Of a stretch of DNA of 54,163 nt, positions 18,341 through 28,011 are shown piece by piece. Source of the stretch: a virus (Duplodnaviria; Caudoviricetes); the IMG/VR virus record IMGVR_UViG_3300032223_000637, positions 1 through 54,163 of that record; one strand, written 5' to 3'. The notes beneath the pieces are model-generated. The model searched no databases, was not told where the DNA came from, and saw nothing but the letters and a program-made list of their open reading frames with translations. Every line of letters starts with the position of its first letter. Positions within the stretch are counted from its first letter, which is position 1. Position numbers and translations under genes: made by a program.

Positions 18341-21300
18341 ATGGCATCATTAATATCACCAGGCGTAGCGGTTACGGTAATCGACGAGAGTTTTTACACA
18401 CCTGCAGAACCAGGTACAACACCTCTTATCGTCGTAGCTACGGCAGAGAACAAAATGAATGCTGCTGGCACAGCCACAGCAGCAGGAACATTGAAAGCGA
18501 ATGCTGGTAAAGCATTTAAAATTACCAGTCAGAAAGATCTTATCGATACTTTCGGAGTTCCTTTCTTTGAAAAGACAGCAACAAACAATCCAATACACGG
18601 CGGCGAGCGCAACGAATACGGTCTACTAGCAGCTTACAGCTTGCTGGGCGTTACAAATTCTGTGTTTATTGTACGTGCTGATATTGACTTAGATCAACTA
18701 CAACCACAAACAACGGCACCAGGCGCAGAAGCCAATGACGGCCAATGGTGGGTAGACACATCAAGCACACAATGGGGTATACAAGAATGGAACTCAGCAC
18801 CGTCTACAGTAACAGGCGGTCAAGCATTTAGTACACAAACACCAATCGTGTTAACAAATGATGATGCTGCAAAAATTAACCCAGGTACCGGTGCTCCAAA
18901 ATCTGGTGTTGGATCAGACGGTTCATACGCAGTAGTATTCCAAACTGGTAATGCTTCTGTAGAAGATGCACATATCTACTACAAGAGACCATCAAGCCAT
19001 CCATCAGGAAGTGCTTGGTTACTAGTTGGTAGCGAAGATTGGACAGCCAGCCATCCTACAGTATATTCAAGTGCCAAGATTGGTACGCTAGCAGCTGGTC
19101 AACAATACAAAATCAACGGTAACACAATCACATTAAGTGGTGCTACACGTTCCGCATTGTTAGCAAGTCTAGCAGCAGGTTTTACACCATTAAATTCTCA
19201 AGGCATTTATGGTTTTGTTAGCTCAGCAGAAAAACTATACATCTATTTCAGTGGTAAGAATCAAGGCGATTCTGCTACTAACGATGAATTATCATTAGAA
19301 AACGTTACATCATATAATTGGTCTGTGTTAGGTATCACTGCTGGCACTTACTATGCACCAAAACTACAACAAACTCCACATACACAAGTTCCAGAATGGA
19401 AATCAGATGACACATACGCTCGTCCAACTGGTTCTGTATGGATCAAGACAACATCACCTAACCTAGGTGCTCACGTTCGTGTAAAACAATGGAGCACAGT
19501 AACTAAAGTTTGGACAGATGTTAATGCTCCATTATACGCAAGTACACACGCAGCTGACTATGCCCTAGACAGAGCAGGTGGTGGTGTTAATCTTCCAGTA
19601 GACAGTTTGTTTGTTCAAACTAACGCCTATGAATATAGCGGTGCTAACCAAGCTCCTGGTTCAACTACATTTAGAATCTGGCGCAGAGCAGCTAAAGGTG
19701 CAACAGTTGTAAGTTCACAGAAAGTAACTTCTGGATTCACTGGCGCAACAGCTAAAACATTCACAATCAGTGAATCAGTTGCAGGCGTAAGCACACTAAA
19801 TTCAGTTACAATTACAACAGCAGCATTAGGTGCAGGCAATGGCAACATCAGCGGCGACTTAGACAAGATTGCTCTTGCAATTAACAGCGCAGCCTACAAC
19901 GAATTAACACAAACGGGTCTTAACAATGTAGTAGCAACAGTAAACGATGACTTATCATTTACATTAACTCACACAGCTGGCGGTGAAATTAGAATCACAG
20001 ACAGTGGTGATGGTATTATGGGTCACATTTTTGGTAGCCCTTCAGATGTTTACGCAGGTACAGGTACAGCGAATTTATACGCTGCCCCAGATGCTGCTAA
20101 AAACGGATACGATTATCTTGTATCTAACTGGAGACCACTAGCTAGCGAAAACTTTGCAGTTGCAAAAACAGCTCCATTGAACGAACCACAAGATGGTCAA
20201 CTATGGTACAATCCAACTGTTGGCGAAGTTGACATTATGATCCACAACGGTGTAACTTGGAAAGGTTACAAAAATGTGTATACAGGTTGCAATGGTCCAA
20301 TCATCAGTGCAAGTGCTCCAACTAAACAAGGTGACGGTGTCACAAGTCTAGTTGAAAACGATCTATGGATCAACACATCAGTTATTGAAAACTATCCACA
20401 AATTTATCGTCGTACAAACGGCAAGTGGGTATTGGTTGATTCCGCTGATCAAACAACAGAATCAGGTATCTTGTTTGCAGATGCACGTTACGGTGTAACA
20501 GGTGCGTCAGGCGACACCGCTGGTTCGATCAAAGATCTACTAAGCAGTGACTATCTAGACTTTGATGCTCCAGATCCAGAACTATATCCAAAAGGTATGT
20601 TGTTATGGAACACACGCAGAAGCGGTGGTAACGTAAAACAATACCACAACAGCTATGTTAACGCAAATGCGTTGAACCCACGTATGAGCGATGAATCACA
20701 AAGCGCCTATGCTGACGGGCTATCGGCAGCCGACATTGCTAAACTATACGATCGTTGGGTAACAGCAAGTCCTAACAATGAAGACGGTTCAGGTACATTC
20801 GAACGTCACGCACAACGCTCAATCGTTGTATCTAAACTAAAATCAGTTGTTGATACAAGTGCTGAGATCCGTGATGAAGAACGTCGTAACTTCAACATCA
20901 TTACTTGCCCAGGCTATCCAGAACTAATGGCTAACTTGGTTAACCTAAATATCGATCGCGGTTTAACAGCATTCGTACTAGGCGATACACCATTGCGTCT
21001 AGCAGCTGATGCAACAAGCCTAACAACTTGGGGTACAAACCAGAATCTAGTAACAGACAACGGCGACAATGGTATCGTTACATACGACAACTACTTGGCT
21101 GTATTCTATCCAAACGGTTTCACAACAGATTTGGGTGGTTACAACGCAGTTGTTCCAGCAACACATATGATGTTGAAAACAATTACACTAAGCGACAACG
21201 TAAGTTATCCTTGGTTTGCTCCAGCAGGTACACGCCGTGGTGGTATCGTTAACGCAACAGCAGTTGGTTATATCGATACGGTAAGCGGCGAGTTCCAAAC

Positions 21301-21736
21301 TGTAGCACTAAACAATGGTCAACGTGACACATTGTATGACTTGAAGATTAACCCAATTGCATTCTTTAACGGTGTTGGTCTAGTCAACTATGGTCAGAAG
21401 ACTCGTGATCCAAACGCTAGCGCATTAGATCGTATCAACGTAGCACGTCTAGTTGTTTACCTACGTAGCCAACTAAACAAACTTGCTCGTCCATACATCT
21501 TTGAACCTAATGATAAGATCACACGTGACGAAATCAAACAAGCCTGCGAGAGCTTGTTATTGGAATTAGTAGGTCTAAGAGCCCTCTATGACTTTGCTGT
21601 TGTTTGCGATGACAGCAACAACACACCAAGCAGAATTGATCGTAATGAGCTATGGGTAGACATTGCAATTAGTCCTGTGAAGGCTGTAGAGTTTATCTAC
21701 ATTCCATTACGTGTTAAAAATACAGGAGCAATTTAA
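18341..21736 (+). CDS. gp18: Tail sheath protein (enlarged, 1131 aa)
   Basis: LISPGVAVTVIDES N-terminus; YPWFAPAGTRRG, RINVARL, FEPND, VVCDDSNN, P.KAVEFIYIP C-terminus. Confidence 0.95.
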   Translation: MASLISPGVAVTVIDESFYTPAEPGTTPLIVVATAENKMNAAGTATAAGTLKANAGKAFKITSQKDLIDTFGVPFFEKTATNNPIHGGERNEYGLLAAYSLLGVTNSVFIVRADIDLDQLQPQTTAPGAEANDGQWWVDTSSTQWGIQEWNSAPSTVTGGQAFSTQTPIVLTNDDAAKINPGTGAPKSGVGSDGSYAVVFQTGNASVEDAHIYYKRPSSHPSGSAWLLVGSEDWTASHPTVYSSAKIGTLAAGQQYKINGNTITLSGATRSALLASLAAGFTPLNSQGIYGFVSSAEKLYIYFSGKNQGDSATNDELSLENVTSYNWSVLGITAGTYYAPKLQQTPHTQVPEWKSDDTYARPTGSVWIKTTSPNLGAHVRVKQWSTVTKVWTDVNAPLYASTHAADYALDRAGGGVNLPVDSLFVQTNAYEYSGANQAPGSTTFRIWRRAAKGATVVSSQKVTSGFTGATAKTFTISESVAGVSTLNSVTITTAALGAGNGNISGDLDKIALAINSAAYNELTQTGLNNVVATVNDDLSFTLTHTAGGEIRITDSGDGIMGHIFGSPSDVYAGTGTANLYAAPDAAKNGYDYLVSNWRPLASENFAVAKTAPLNEPQDGQLWYNPTVGEVDIMIHNGVTWKGYKNVYTGCNGPIISASAPTKQGDGVTSLVENDLWINTSVIENYPQIYRRTNGKWVLVDSADQTTESGILFADARYGVTGASGDTAGSIKDLLSSDYLDFDAPDPELYPKGMLLWNTRRSGGNVKQYHNSYVNANALNPRMSDESQSAYADGLSAADIAKLYDRWVTASPNNEDGSGTFERHAQRSIVVSKLKSVVDTSAEIRDEERRNFNIITCPGYPELMANLVNLNIDRGLTAFVLGDTPLRLAADATSLTTWGTNQNLVTDNGDNGIVTYDNYLAVFYPNGFTTDLGGYNAVVPATHMMLKTITLSDNVSYPWFAPAGTRRGGIVNATAVGYIDTVSGEFQTVALNNGQRDTLYDLKINPIAFFNGVGLVNYGQKTRDPNASALDRINVARLVVYLRSQLNKLARPYIFEPNDKITRDEIKQACESLLLELVGLRALYDFAVVCDDSNNTPSRIDRNELWVDIAISPVKAVEFIYIPLRVKNTGAI

Positions 21737-21738
21737 TT

Positions 21739-22389
21739 ATGCCAATTACCTCGTTAAACAACTTTACAGTACCAACTAACGGAAGTGTTAGCAGCCAAGT
21801 GCTCCTGATGCCTAAGCTAAAGTATCGCTTTAGAGTGACACTTTTAGGTTTCGGTGTAGCAGCAGCAACAGAACTAACAAAACAAGTAGCAGATGTTACT
21901 AGACCAAAAGTATCATTTGAAGAAATGCCAATCGACGTATACAACTCAAAGGTATACTTGGCTGGTAAGTACTCATTTGAGACTATTACATTAACACTAC
22001 GTGATGATGCAAGTGGTCAAGTACAGGCACTAGTTGGTCAACAAATCCAGAAACAATTCGACTTTATGGAACAGGCTTCTGCACGTTCTGGTATCGATTA
22101 CAAGTTCACAATGCGTATCGAAGTACTAGACGGTGGAAATGGTACACTAACACCAAACGTTCTAGAAACAATCAACCTATATGGCTGCTTTGTACAAAAC
22201 GCAGACTACGGCGATTTGAACTACGGTACAAATGAACCAGCAACAGTTGCTCTAACAGTCCGCTTCGATAATATGGAACAGTGGGCAGCAGGACAAACAG
22301 CAGCAAGCATCGCAGGTGGTATTGGTGCAGCGGTTGGTCGTCAAGTAGCTACAGAGGCTATCACTGGTGCATTAGGCGCACAAGGCTAA
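21739..22389 (+). CDS. gp19: Tail tube protein
   Basis: Directly after the sheath gene; PKLKYRFRV, YLAGK..FETITLTLRDD, LYGCF, gp19-like size. Confidence 0.85.
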   Translation: MPITSLNNFTVPTNGSVSSQVLLMPKLKYRFRVTLLGFGVAAATELTKQVADVTRPKVSFEEMPIDVYNSKVYLAGKYSFETITLTLRDDASGQVQALVGQQIQKQFDFMEQASARSGIDYKFTMRIEVLDGGNGTLTPNVLETINLYGCFVQNADYGDLNYGTNEPATVALTVRFDNMEQWAAGQTAASIAGGIGAAVGRQVATEAITGALGAQG

Positions 22390-22403
22390 ACTCCTTAACT
22401 CAG

Positions 22404-22432
22404 AAAAGCCCGGTTTTATACCGGGTTTTTTT
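22404..22432 (+). terminator. Rho-independent terminator
   Basis: aaaagcccggt-tttat-accgggttttttt. Confidence 0.85.
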
Positions 22433-22438
22433 GTGGCA

Positions 22439-22444
22439 TAAATA
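22439..22444 (+). promoter_or_regulatory. Late-promoter core TAAATA
   Basis: TAAATA-ttatt-ATG(22450). Confidence 0.65.
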
Positions 22445-22449
22445 TTATT

Positions 22450-23547
22450 ATGGCCAACTACTTTACACAATTTCTTAACGGCGTAGGCGCCGGTGTTACA
22501 CATCCGAAGGGGATGGTGAACAACTGGGAACACGCCTCTAGATTATTTGTCGACGATACATTTAGACTTAGTCCACGCACTAAGTTTCTGTACTATGCAC
22601 GTTTTGAAATAGACAAGACTGCGTTAAGGTCGCCTGCATTTACACAACAGCACCAAGAAGAATTTAATGTATTGATCAAATCAGCCGATCTGCCTAAATT
22701 TACATTTGACAGCGTTGTTAAGAACCAATACAACAGAAAGAAAATCTTTTACAAAGCGATTAACTATGATCCAGTAACTATCACAATGCACGATGATAGC
22801 AATGGTATTGTTAATGCTCTCTGGGCATTGTACTATGGATATTATGTTGCTGATCGATTAAATCCTAATCAGGCCTACGGTGCTACAAATTATCGTGCAA
22901 CTAAAACACAGTTAGATAATTTTAGATATGGACTAGACAACAGTATTACAACACCATTTTTTAAATCTATCAGTATCTATACAATGAGCCGCAGAAGATT
23001 CAGTGGATACAAATTAGTAAACCCAAAAATTAAAACTTGGTCAACAGGTAACGTAGACTACAGTGCTAGTGAATTTAACGAAATGCAGATGACAGTAGAG
23101 TATGAATCTGTTCAATACACCTCAGGTATTGTTAAGACGAATTCACCAAAAGGATTTGCAACATTGCACTACGATAATCGTCCAAGTCCACTAAGTGTTG
23201 CAGGTGGCGGTGTAGCAACATTAACTGGTGATGGCGGTGTGCTAGATGGACTGGAAAGCATATTCGGTGATTTGTCTAGTGGTACTACATTTAATAGCTT
23301 CGGCGGATTCCTTGGAACTGCTGTATCTGCTATTAATACCTACAAGAATTTTAATTCGTTAACATCTGCACAATTAAAGAGTGAAGCTATTAACATCCTA
23401 AGTAATCCAAGAAATATATCAACAGCGATATCAACTGTCGGCGGAGTTGTCGGCGCAATATTCCCGTCAAACTCCAGCACTAATGAATCTACCACAGGCA
23501 GTCCAAAGGTAATGATAGCTGGTGACAACACTGGAAATATAGCATAA
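22450..23547 (+). CDS. Tail-tube-like baseplate/tube initiator protein (gp48/gp54-like)
   Basis: KSADLPK...QYNRK...YDPVTITMHDD...LVNP.I...MTVEYE tube-fold pattern; position after the tube gene. Confidence 0.55.
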   Translation: MANYFTQFLNGVGAGVTHPKGMVNNWEHASRLFVDDTFRLSPRTKFLYYARFEIDKTALRSPAFTQQHQEEFNVLIKSADLPKFTFDSVVKNQYNRKKIFYKAINYDPVTITMHDDSNGIVNALWALYYGYYVADRLNPNQAYGATNYRATKTQLDNFRYGLDNSITTPFFKSISIYTMSRRRFSGYKLVNPKIKTWSTGNVDYSASEFNEMQMTVEYESVQYTSGIVKTNSPKGFATLHYDNRPSPLSVAGGGVATLTGDGGVLDGLESIFGDLSSGTTFNSFGGFLGTAVSAINTYKNFNSLTSAQLKSEAINILSNPRNISTAISTVGGVVGAIFPSNSSTNESTTGSPKVMIAGDNTGNIA

Positions 23548-23912
23548 TGGCAACAAATTTACCAATCTATAATGCATCTGACAGTGCTGCTGGTACAAAG
23601 TTATTCTTTGATAACTACGGCCAAGAACCTTTACAGTTTGCAGCATCTGAAGTTGATGCTACTATTTCTTTTTTCAAAGGCAAAGGCTTTGATGATGATG
23701 CTGCACAGATCGTGGCAGCCACTCTTTTAAAACAGGCCAAGCTAGATGGTACTCCTATTTTTAAAATCTTAGATACTATCGGAAATTTTGACCAGCTTGA
23801 TCTAAGTTCGCTAGTTGGAGAAGTATTGAACAACAATAGAACTCCAACATCAACATTGGGGTTTAGAGTTACTCCGGTTATTCCGAATCAAATTAGAAAT
23901 ATTTACGCATAA
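23547..23912 (+). CDS. Hypothetical protein
   Basis: 121-aa ORF with TAATG coupling at both ends. Confidence 0.7.
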   Translation: MATNLPIYNASDSAAGTKLFFDNYGQEPLQFAASEVDATISFFKGKGFDDDAAQIVAATLLKQAKLDGTPIFKILDTIGNFDQLDLSSLVGEVLNNNRTPTSTLGFRVTPVIPNQIRNIYA

Positions 23913-24352
23913 TGCCTAAGTTTGCACAGGGTCGGTTTGATATGAAAAATCCCGACAAGTATGTTGGAAAGAAAACACCTTTGGCTCGCAGCAGTTGGGA
24001 ATTTGTTTTTATGCGTATGCTCGATGAGCATCCAGGAGTACAGAGTTGGGCTAGCGAAAGCATACAAATACCCTATAGAGATCCGTTAACTGGAAAGCCT
24101 ACAATATATGTTCCTGATTTCTTTATTGTTTACGTCGACAAAGACAAAAACAAACACGCAGAAGTTGTAGAAGTTAAACCTAGTAGTCATACATTCATAG
24201 AAGCTGTGGGAAAAAGTAAATACAATCAGGCCCAATATGTTAAAAATATGGCCAAATGGGAAGCCGCTGGAAAGTGGTGCAAACAGCAAGGTGTTAGATT
24301 TAGGGTAATTACCGAAAATGATATTTTTAATCAGGGCGGCAAACGGAAATAA
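23912..24352 (+). CDS. gp4: Head completion nuclease (T4 gp4-like, TnsA-like PD-(D/E)xK)
   Basis: NPDKYVG..RSSWE..W.SE..IPY..YVPDF..EVKP..KW.AA..F.VITE. Confidence 0.85.
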   Translation: MPKFAQGRFDMKNPDKYVGKKTPLARSSWEFVFMRMLDEHPGVQSWASESIQIPYRDPLTGKPTIYVPDFFIVYVDKDKNKHAEVVEVKPSSHTFIEAVGKSKYNQAQYVKNMAKWEAAGKWCKQQGVRFRVITENDIFNQGGKRK

Positions 24353-24359
24353 GTAAAGT

Positions 24360-24833
24360 ATGACTAAAAAATTAGAAGAACTCTTTAATCTAGAAAGCAC
24401 TAAGCCCGAAGAAAAACCGGTAGAAGTTCCTGTGCATCAGGAAGTTCGTAGCCTTGACGACAGCTTCAAAGCAGTTGAAAAGATCACTAGAGATTTGCCG
24501 CAGATCCAAGAACTAGAAAGCATTGACGAAAAAGAGCTAGATCATTTAGCATCAAAAGCTGAAAAAGCCTACGATGATCTAATGGACCTAGGAATGAACG
24601 TAGAAGTTCGTTACAGTAGTAGAATCTTTGAAGTAGCTAGCTCTATGATGAGCAATGCGATTGCTGCCAAAACAGCCAAAATTGACAAGAAACTAAAAGC
24701 TGTAGATATGCAGCTGAAAAAATATAAGATTGACAAAGACAACAACGAAGATCCTAATAATGTTCTAAATGGCCAGGGTTACGTGATTACAGACCGTAAC
24801 GAACTGCTCAAGAAATTGGGTCAAAAGGAATAA
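24360..24833 (+). CDS. Putative terminase small subunit (gp16-like)
   Basis: Helical 157 aa with RIFEVAS and C-terminal TDRNELLK; upstream of the large terminase; TAAGTA 4 nt before ATG. Confidence 0.45.
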   Translation: MTKKLEELFNLESTKPEEKPVEVPVHQEVRSLDDSFKAVEKITRDLPQIQELESIDEKELDHLASKAEKAYDDLMDLGMNVEVRYSSRIFEVASSMMSNAIAAKTAKIDKKLKAVDMQLKKYKIDKDNNEDPNNVLNGQGYVITDRNELLKKLGQKE

Positions 24834-24841
24834 ATACTACT

Positions 24842-25447
24842 ATGAAAACTTTTAAAGAATATCTAACCGAAAGCAAAAAAGTCTACAGCTTTAAGATTAA
24901 AGTTGCAGGTGAAGTTCCAGAAAAATTCGAGGAAAGCCTAAAAACTAGACTCGGACGCTGTAACGTTTTGACTTTGGAAAAACAAGCATCTACTCCGATC
25001 CAGGCATTGCCCATCGACTTTCCAGAACTAAAAAACTGTGAAGTTTCGATCTATGAAATGATCTGCGAGTATCCACTTATCGCTGATGAAATTAAACACG
25101 AACTAGTAGCATTAGAAATGTGCCCAACTCACTTCCGTGTTAAAAACTCATCAGATCCAACAGAAGAATACCAAGCAACAATGAACGAGCTACAAAGCGA
25201 CTCAGCATTGTTGACCGACGACAAATACAAAGAAGCAGGCAAAGTAAAACAAAAAGATTACTTTGGTGCAGATTACAACAAAGGTTTCTTAAAAGACTTA
25301 GAGAAAGTAGCTAAGGCACGTAAGAAAGAACTAGGACAAAAAGATATCAAGGGCGGCGAAAAAGACGCAGGTCTTGATTTCGGTAGTGCGTCAAAGAGTC
25401 CTGTAGGTTCACACCAAAACACGATTCCAGACCCTATCAAAGGATAA
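24842..25447 (+). CDS. Hypothetical protein, probable internal head protein
   Basis: N-terminus MKTFKEYLTES resembles the T4 capsid-targeting sequence; TAAATA(24831-24836)-ctact-ATG. Confidence 0.65.
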   Translation: MKTFKEYLTESKKVYSFKIKVAGEVPEKFEESLKTRLGRCNVLTLEKQASTPIQALPIDFPELKNCEVSIYEMICEYPLIADEIKHELVALEMCPTHFRVKNSSDPTEEYQATMNELQSDSALLTDDKYKEAGKVKQKDYFGADYNKGFLKDLEKVAKARKKELGQKDIKGGEKDAGLDFGSASKSPVGSHQNTIPDPIKG

Positions 25448-25453
25448 AAACAA

Positions 25454-26356
25454 ATGAACTTTCAAGATCTATACAAAAAGATTGCCTCATTAGACCAACC
25501 AGTTGCAGAAGCTGCAATTGAAGAATGCGGTGAACCAATGATGCCAGGTGCAATGTCAACCCCACATCAACCACCTTCAATGAGCATCAATGTGAATGCA
25601 CAAGGTATGGATGACATTTCCGAACTAATGAAGCTATTGGCTAAAATCAATCCAGAATCTGGACCAACACCGTTAGCTGGCAACGAGCCACAAATTGAAA
25701 TTGAACCAATGGACAAGCCAGTAGGCTTGCCAGGTGTTCCAAGCAATGCTCCTCCAATGGGTGATATTCTAAAATCACTAAGCGATATTGACAGCAAAGA
25801 AGAACCAGAGAATGATGGTAAAGACATTGACGGTGTTGACATCGGCGGACACGAAGAGCCAGATATGGATAATATGGGCGGCCCTAGCGACCACGATGCT
25901 GACAATCAAGACGAGCCAGAAGACGAAAGTCAAGGCTTTGACCCAGAGCAACCAGAAGGAGGTGGCGCTGGTGCAGGCGATATCAATAGCGATGACGAGC
26001 AAGAAGAAGCCTGGGCAAATGCTACTCCAGGTGCAGACGGTCCAGAAATCAAAGATGTAGATTATATGGTCAAACAAATTTCCGGTGGTATGAATCGTGA
26101 AAAGGGCCAATACAAGCACAGCTATAAAGCAGGTGATAATCCAATGGCAATGCCAGAAAGCGATTTACGTGCTATGATCAAAGCTGAGTTGAACAGCCGT
26201 TTACAGGCTATCAAAGAAGGCCGTGACGAAGGCAAGCCAGGCAAGAACTTTGCTAAGATTGCTAAGTCAGCAGGCAAACACTACGGCAGCAAAGAAGCTG
26301 GTGAACGTGTAGCAGGTGCTGTTCGTGCTAAGTTAGCCAAAGCTGGCAAACTATAA
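25454..26356 (+). CDS. Acidic, Pro-rich low-complexity protein with a basic C-terminal module
   Basis: 300 aa; D/E/P-rich middle; ends GKPGKNFAKIAKSAGKHYGSKEAGERVAGAVRAKLAKAGKL. Confidence 0.7.
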   Translation: MNFQDLYKKIASLDQPVAEAAIEECGEPMMPGAMSTPHQPPSMSINVNAQGMDDISELMKLLAKINPESGPTPLAGNEPQIEIEPMDKPVGLPGVPSNAPPMGDILKSLSDIDSKEEPENDGKDIDGVDIGGHEEPDMDNMGGPSDHDADNQDEPEDESQGFDPEQPEGGGAGAGDINSDDEQEEAWANATPGADGPEIKDVDYMVKQISGGMNREKGQYKHSYKAGDNPMAMPESDLRAMIKAELNSRLQAIKEGRDEGKPGKNFAKIAKSAGKHYGSKEAGERVAGAVRAKLAKAGKL

Positions 26357-26372
26357 GAGTTTAACGCTCGCC

Positions 26373-26400
26373 AAATAGGCTCTTCGGAGCCTATTTTTTT
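26373..26400 (+). terminator. Rho-independent terminator with a cUUCGg tetraloop
   Basis: aaataggctc-ttcg-gagcctattttttt. Confidence 0.9.
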
Positions 26401-26413
26401 CATTAAATAAAGT

Positions 26414-28000
26414 ATGGCAAAAAGTTTAGACGGCGTATTAATTAAGAAAGCTCATAAGCAAGATCGTTATACTCTTGAAGAAGTAAAACATCTTGAAGCG
26501 TGTATGGATCCAGTTACTGGACCATTATACTTTATGACGCACTTCTTGAAAATTCAGCACCCTGTGCGCGGTGCTATCGATTTCAAACCTTACGAATATC
26601 AGGTAAGACTTATCGAAGCATATCATAATCACAAAGATGTGATCGCTATGTTACCTAGACAGATGGGTAAAACTACCTGTGCCTGCGGATACTTATTATG
26701 GTTTACAATGTTTGTACCTGAAGCACAGGTGCTGATTGCTGCTCACAAGTATGAAGGTGCGCAGGACATTATGAATCGCTATCGCTATGGTTATGAAAAC
26801 CTACCCGACTTCATTCGTGCAGGTGTTATCAGCTATAACAGAAATACAATCGAATACGACAATGGAGCACGTATTCAAGCAACAACAACTACAGAAAATA
26901 CCGGTCGTGGTAAGTCTTTATCACTGATTTACTGTGATGAGTTTGCGTTCGTTCAGCCTCCAGAAAAAGCCAAAGAGTTTTGGACTGCGTTATCGCCAAC
27001 ATTGTCAACAGGTGGTCGTGCTATTATTACATCAACACCGAACTCAGACGAAGATCAGTTCGCTATGATTTGGACTGAAGCCAACAAAAAGTTTGATGAG
27101 TTTGGCAACGAGCAAGAGCTAGGTGTTAACGGATTCTTCCCTTATTTTGCTACTTGGGATGAACACCCAGATCGAGACGATGCTTGGGCAGCGGTTGAAC
27201 GTGCTAAGATTGGTGAGGAACGTTTCCGCCGTGAATTTGATTGTGAATTCTTGATCTTTGATGAAACGTTAATCAACGCAGTAAAACTAGCAGAACTCAA
27301 GGGTAATGATCCTGTAATGACAATGGGACAAACACGTTGGTACAAAGACGTCGATCCTAGAGCAACATACCTCGTATCATTAGATCCCAGCCTAGGTACA
27401 GGTGGCGACTACGGTGCTATACAGGTCTACGAAATGCCTAGTATGATACAGGTAGCAGAGTGGCATCATAATCTAACTCCTGTGCAGAATCAAGTCAAGC
27501 ATATGAGAGAGATCCTAAAGTACATACAAGAACGATCTGCAGAAAAAGGTGGCAGTCCGCAAATATATTACAGTGTTGAAAATAATAATATTGGTGAAGC
27601 CGCGTTGATTGTTATCAGCGATATTGGTGAAGAAAACTTTCCAGGACTGTTCTTAAGTGAACCTATACGCAAAGGACACGTTCGTAAGTTCCGTAAAGGA
27701 TTTAACACTACACACCGTACAAAAGTAGCTACTTGTAGCCAACTTAAGAATCTACTAGAAACCAACAAAATGAAGATCAATTCCAAAGCATTGATTTCTG
27801 AACTAAAAACATTCGTTGCTAGCGGGCTTGGATTCAAAGCCAAAAGCGGTGAGCACGATGACCTAGTAAGCTCTACACTGCTGATCATACGTATGGCGGA
27901 TGTACTAGCAGACTGGGATCCTAAGATCTACGAAAAAATGACTGAAAAAATCACAGAGGAACAGATGCCTCTACCAATCTTTATTAGCACAGGGTTTTGA
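26414..28000 (+). CDS. gp17: Terminase large subunit
   Basis: PRQMGKTT Walker A, LIYCDEFAF Walker B, IITSTPN, SLDPS.G.GGD nuclease, HDDLV; TAAATA 4 nt upstream. Confidence 0.96.
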   Translation: MAKSLDGVLIKKAHKQDRYTLEEVKHLEACMDPVTGPLYFMTHFLKIQHPVRGAIDFKPYEYQVRLIEAYHNHKDVIAMLPRQMGKTTCACGYLLWFTMFVPEAQVLIAAHKYEGAQDIMNRYRYGYENLPDFIRAGVISYNRNTIEYDNGARIQATTTTENTGRGKSLSLIYCDEFAFVQPPEKAKEFWTALSPTLSTGGRAIITSTPNSDEDQFAMIWTEANKKFDEFGNEQELGVNGFFPYFATWDEHPDRDDAWAAVERAKIGEERFRREFDCEFLIFDETLINAVKLAELKGNDPVMTMGQTRWYKDVDPRATYLVSLDPSLGTGGDYGAIQVYEMPSMIQVAEWHHNLTPVQNQVKHMREILKYIQERSAEKGGSPQIYYSVENNNIGEAALIVISDIGEENFPGLFLSEPIRKGHVRKFRKGFNTTHRTKVATCSQLKNLLETNKMKINSKALISELKTFVASGLGFKAKSGEHDDLVSSTLLIIRMADVLADWDPKIYEKMTEKITEEQMPLPIFISTGF

Positions 28001-28011
28001 TAAATATAACT

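Noticed and set aside
23912-24352. TnsA-like transposase indicating a mobile element
   Set aside because: Size, motifs and context fit the T4 gp4 head-completion nuclease; no other Tn7 genes or ends
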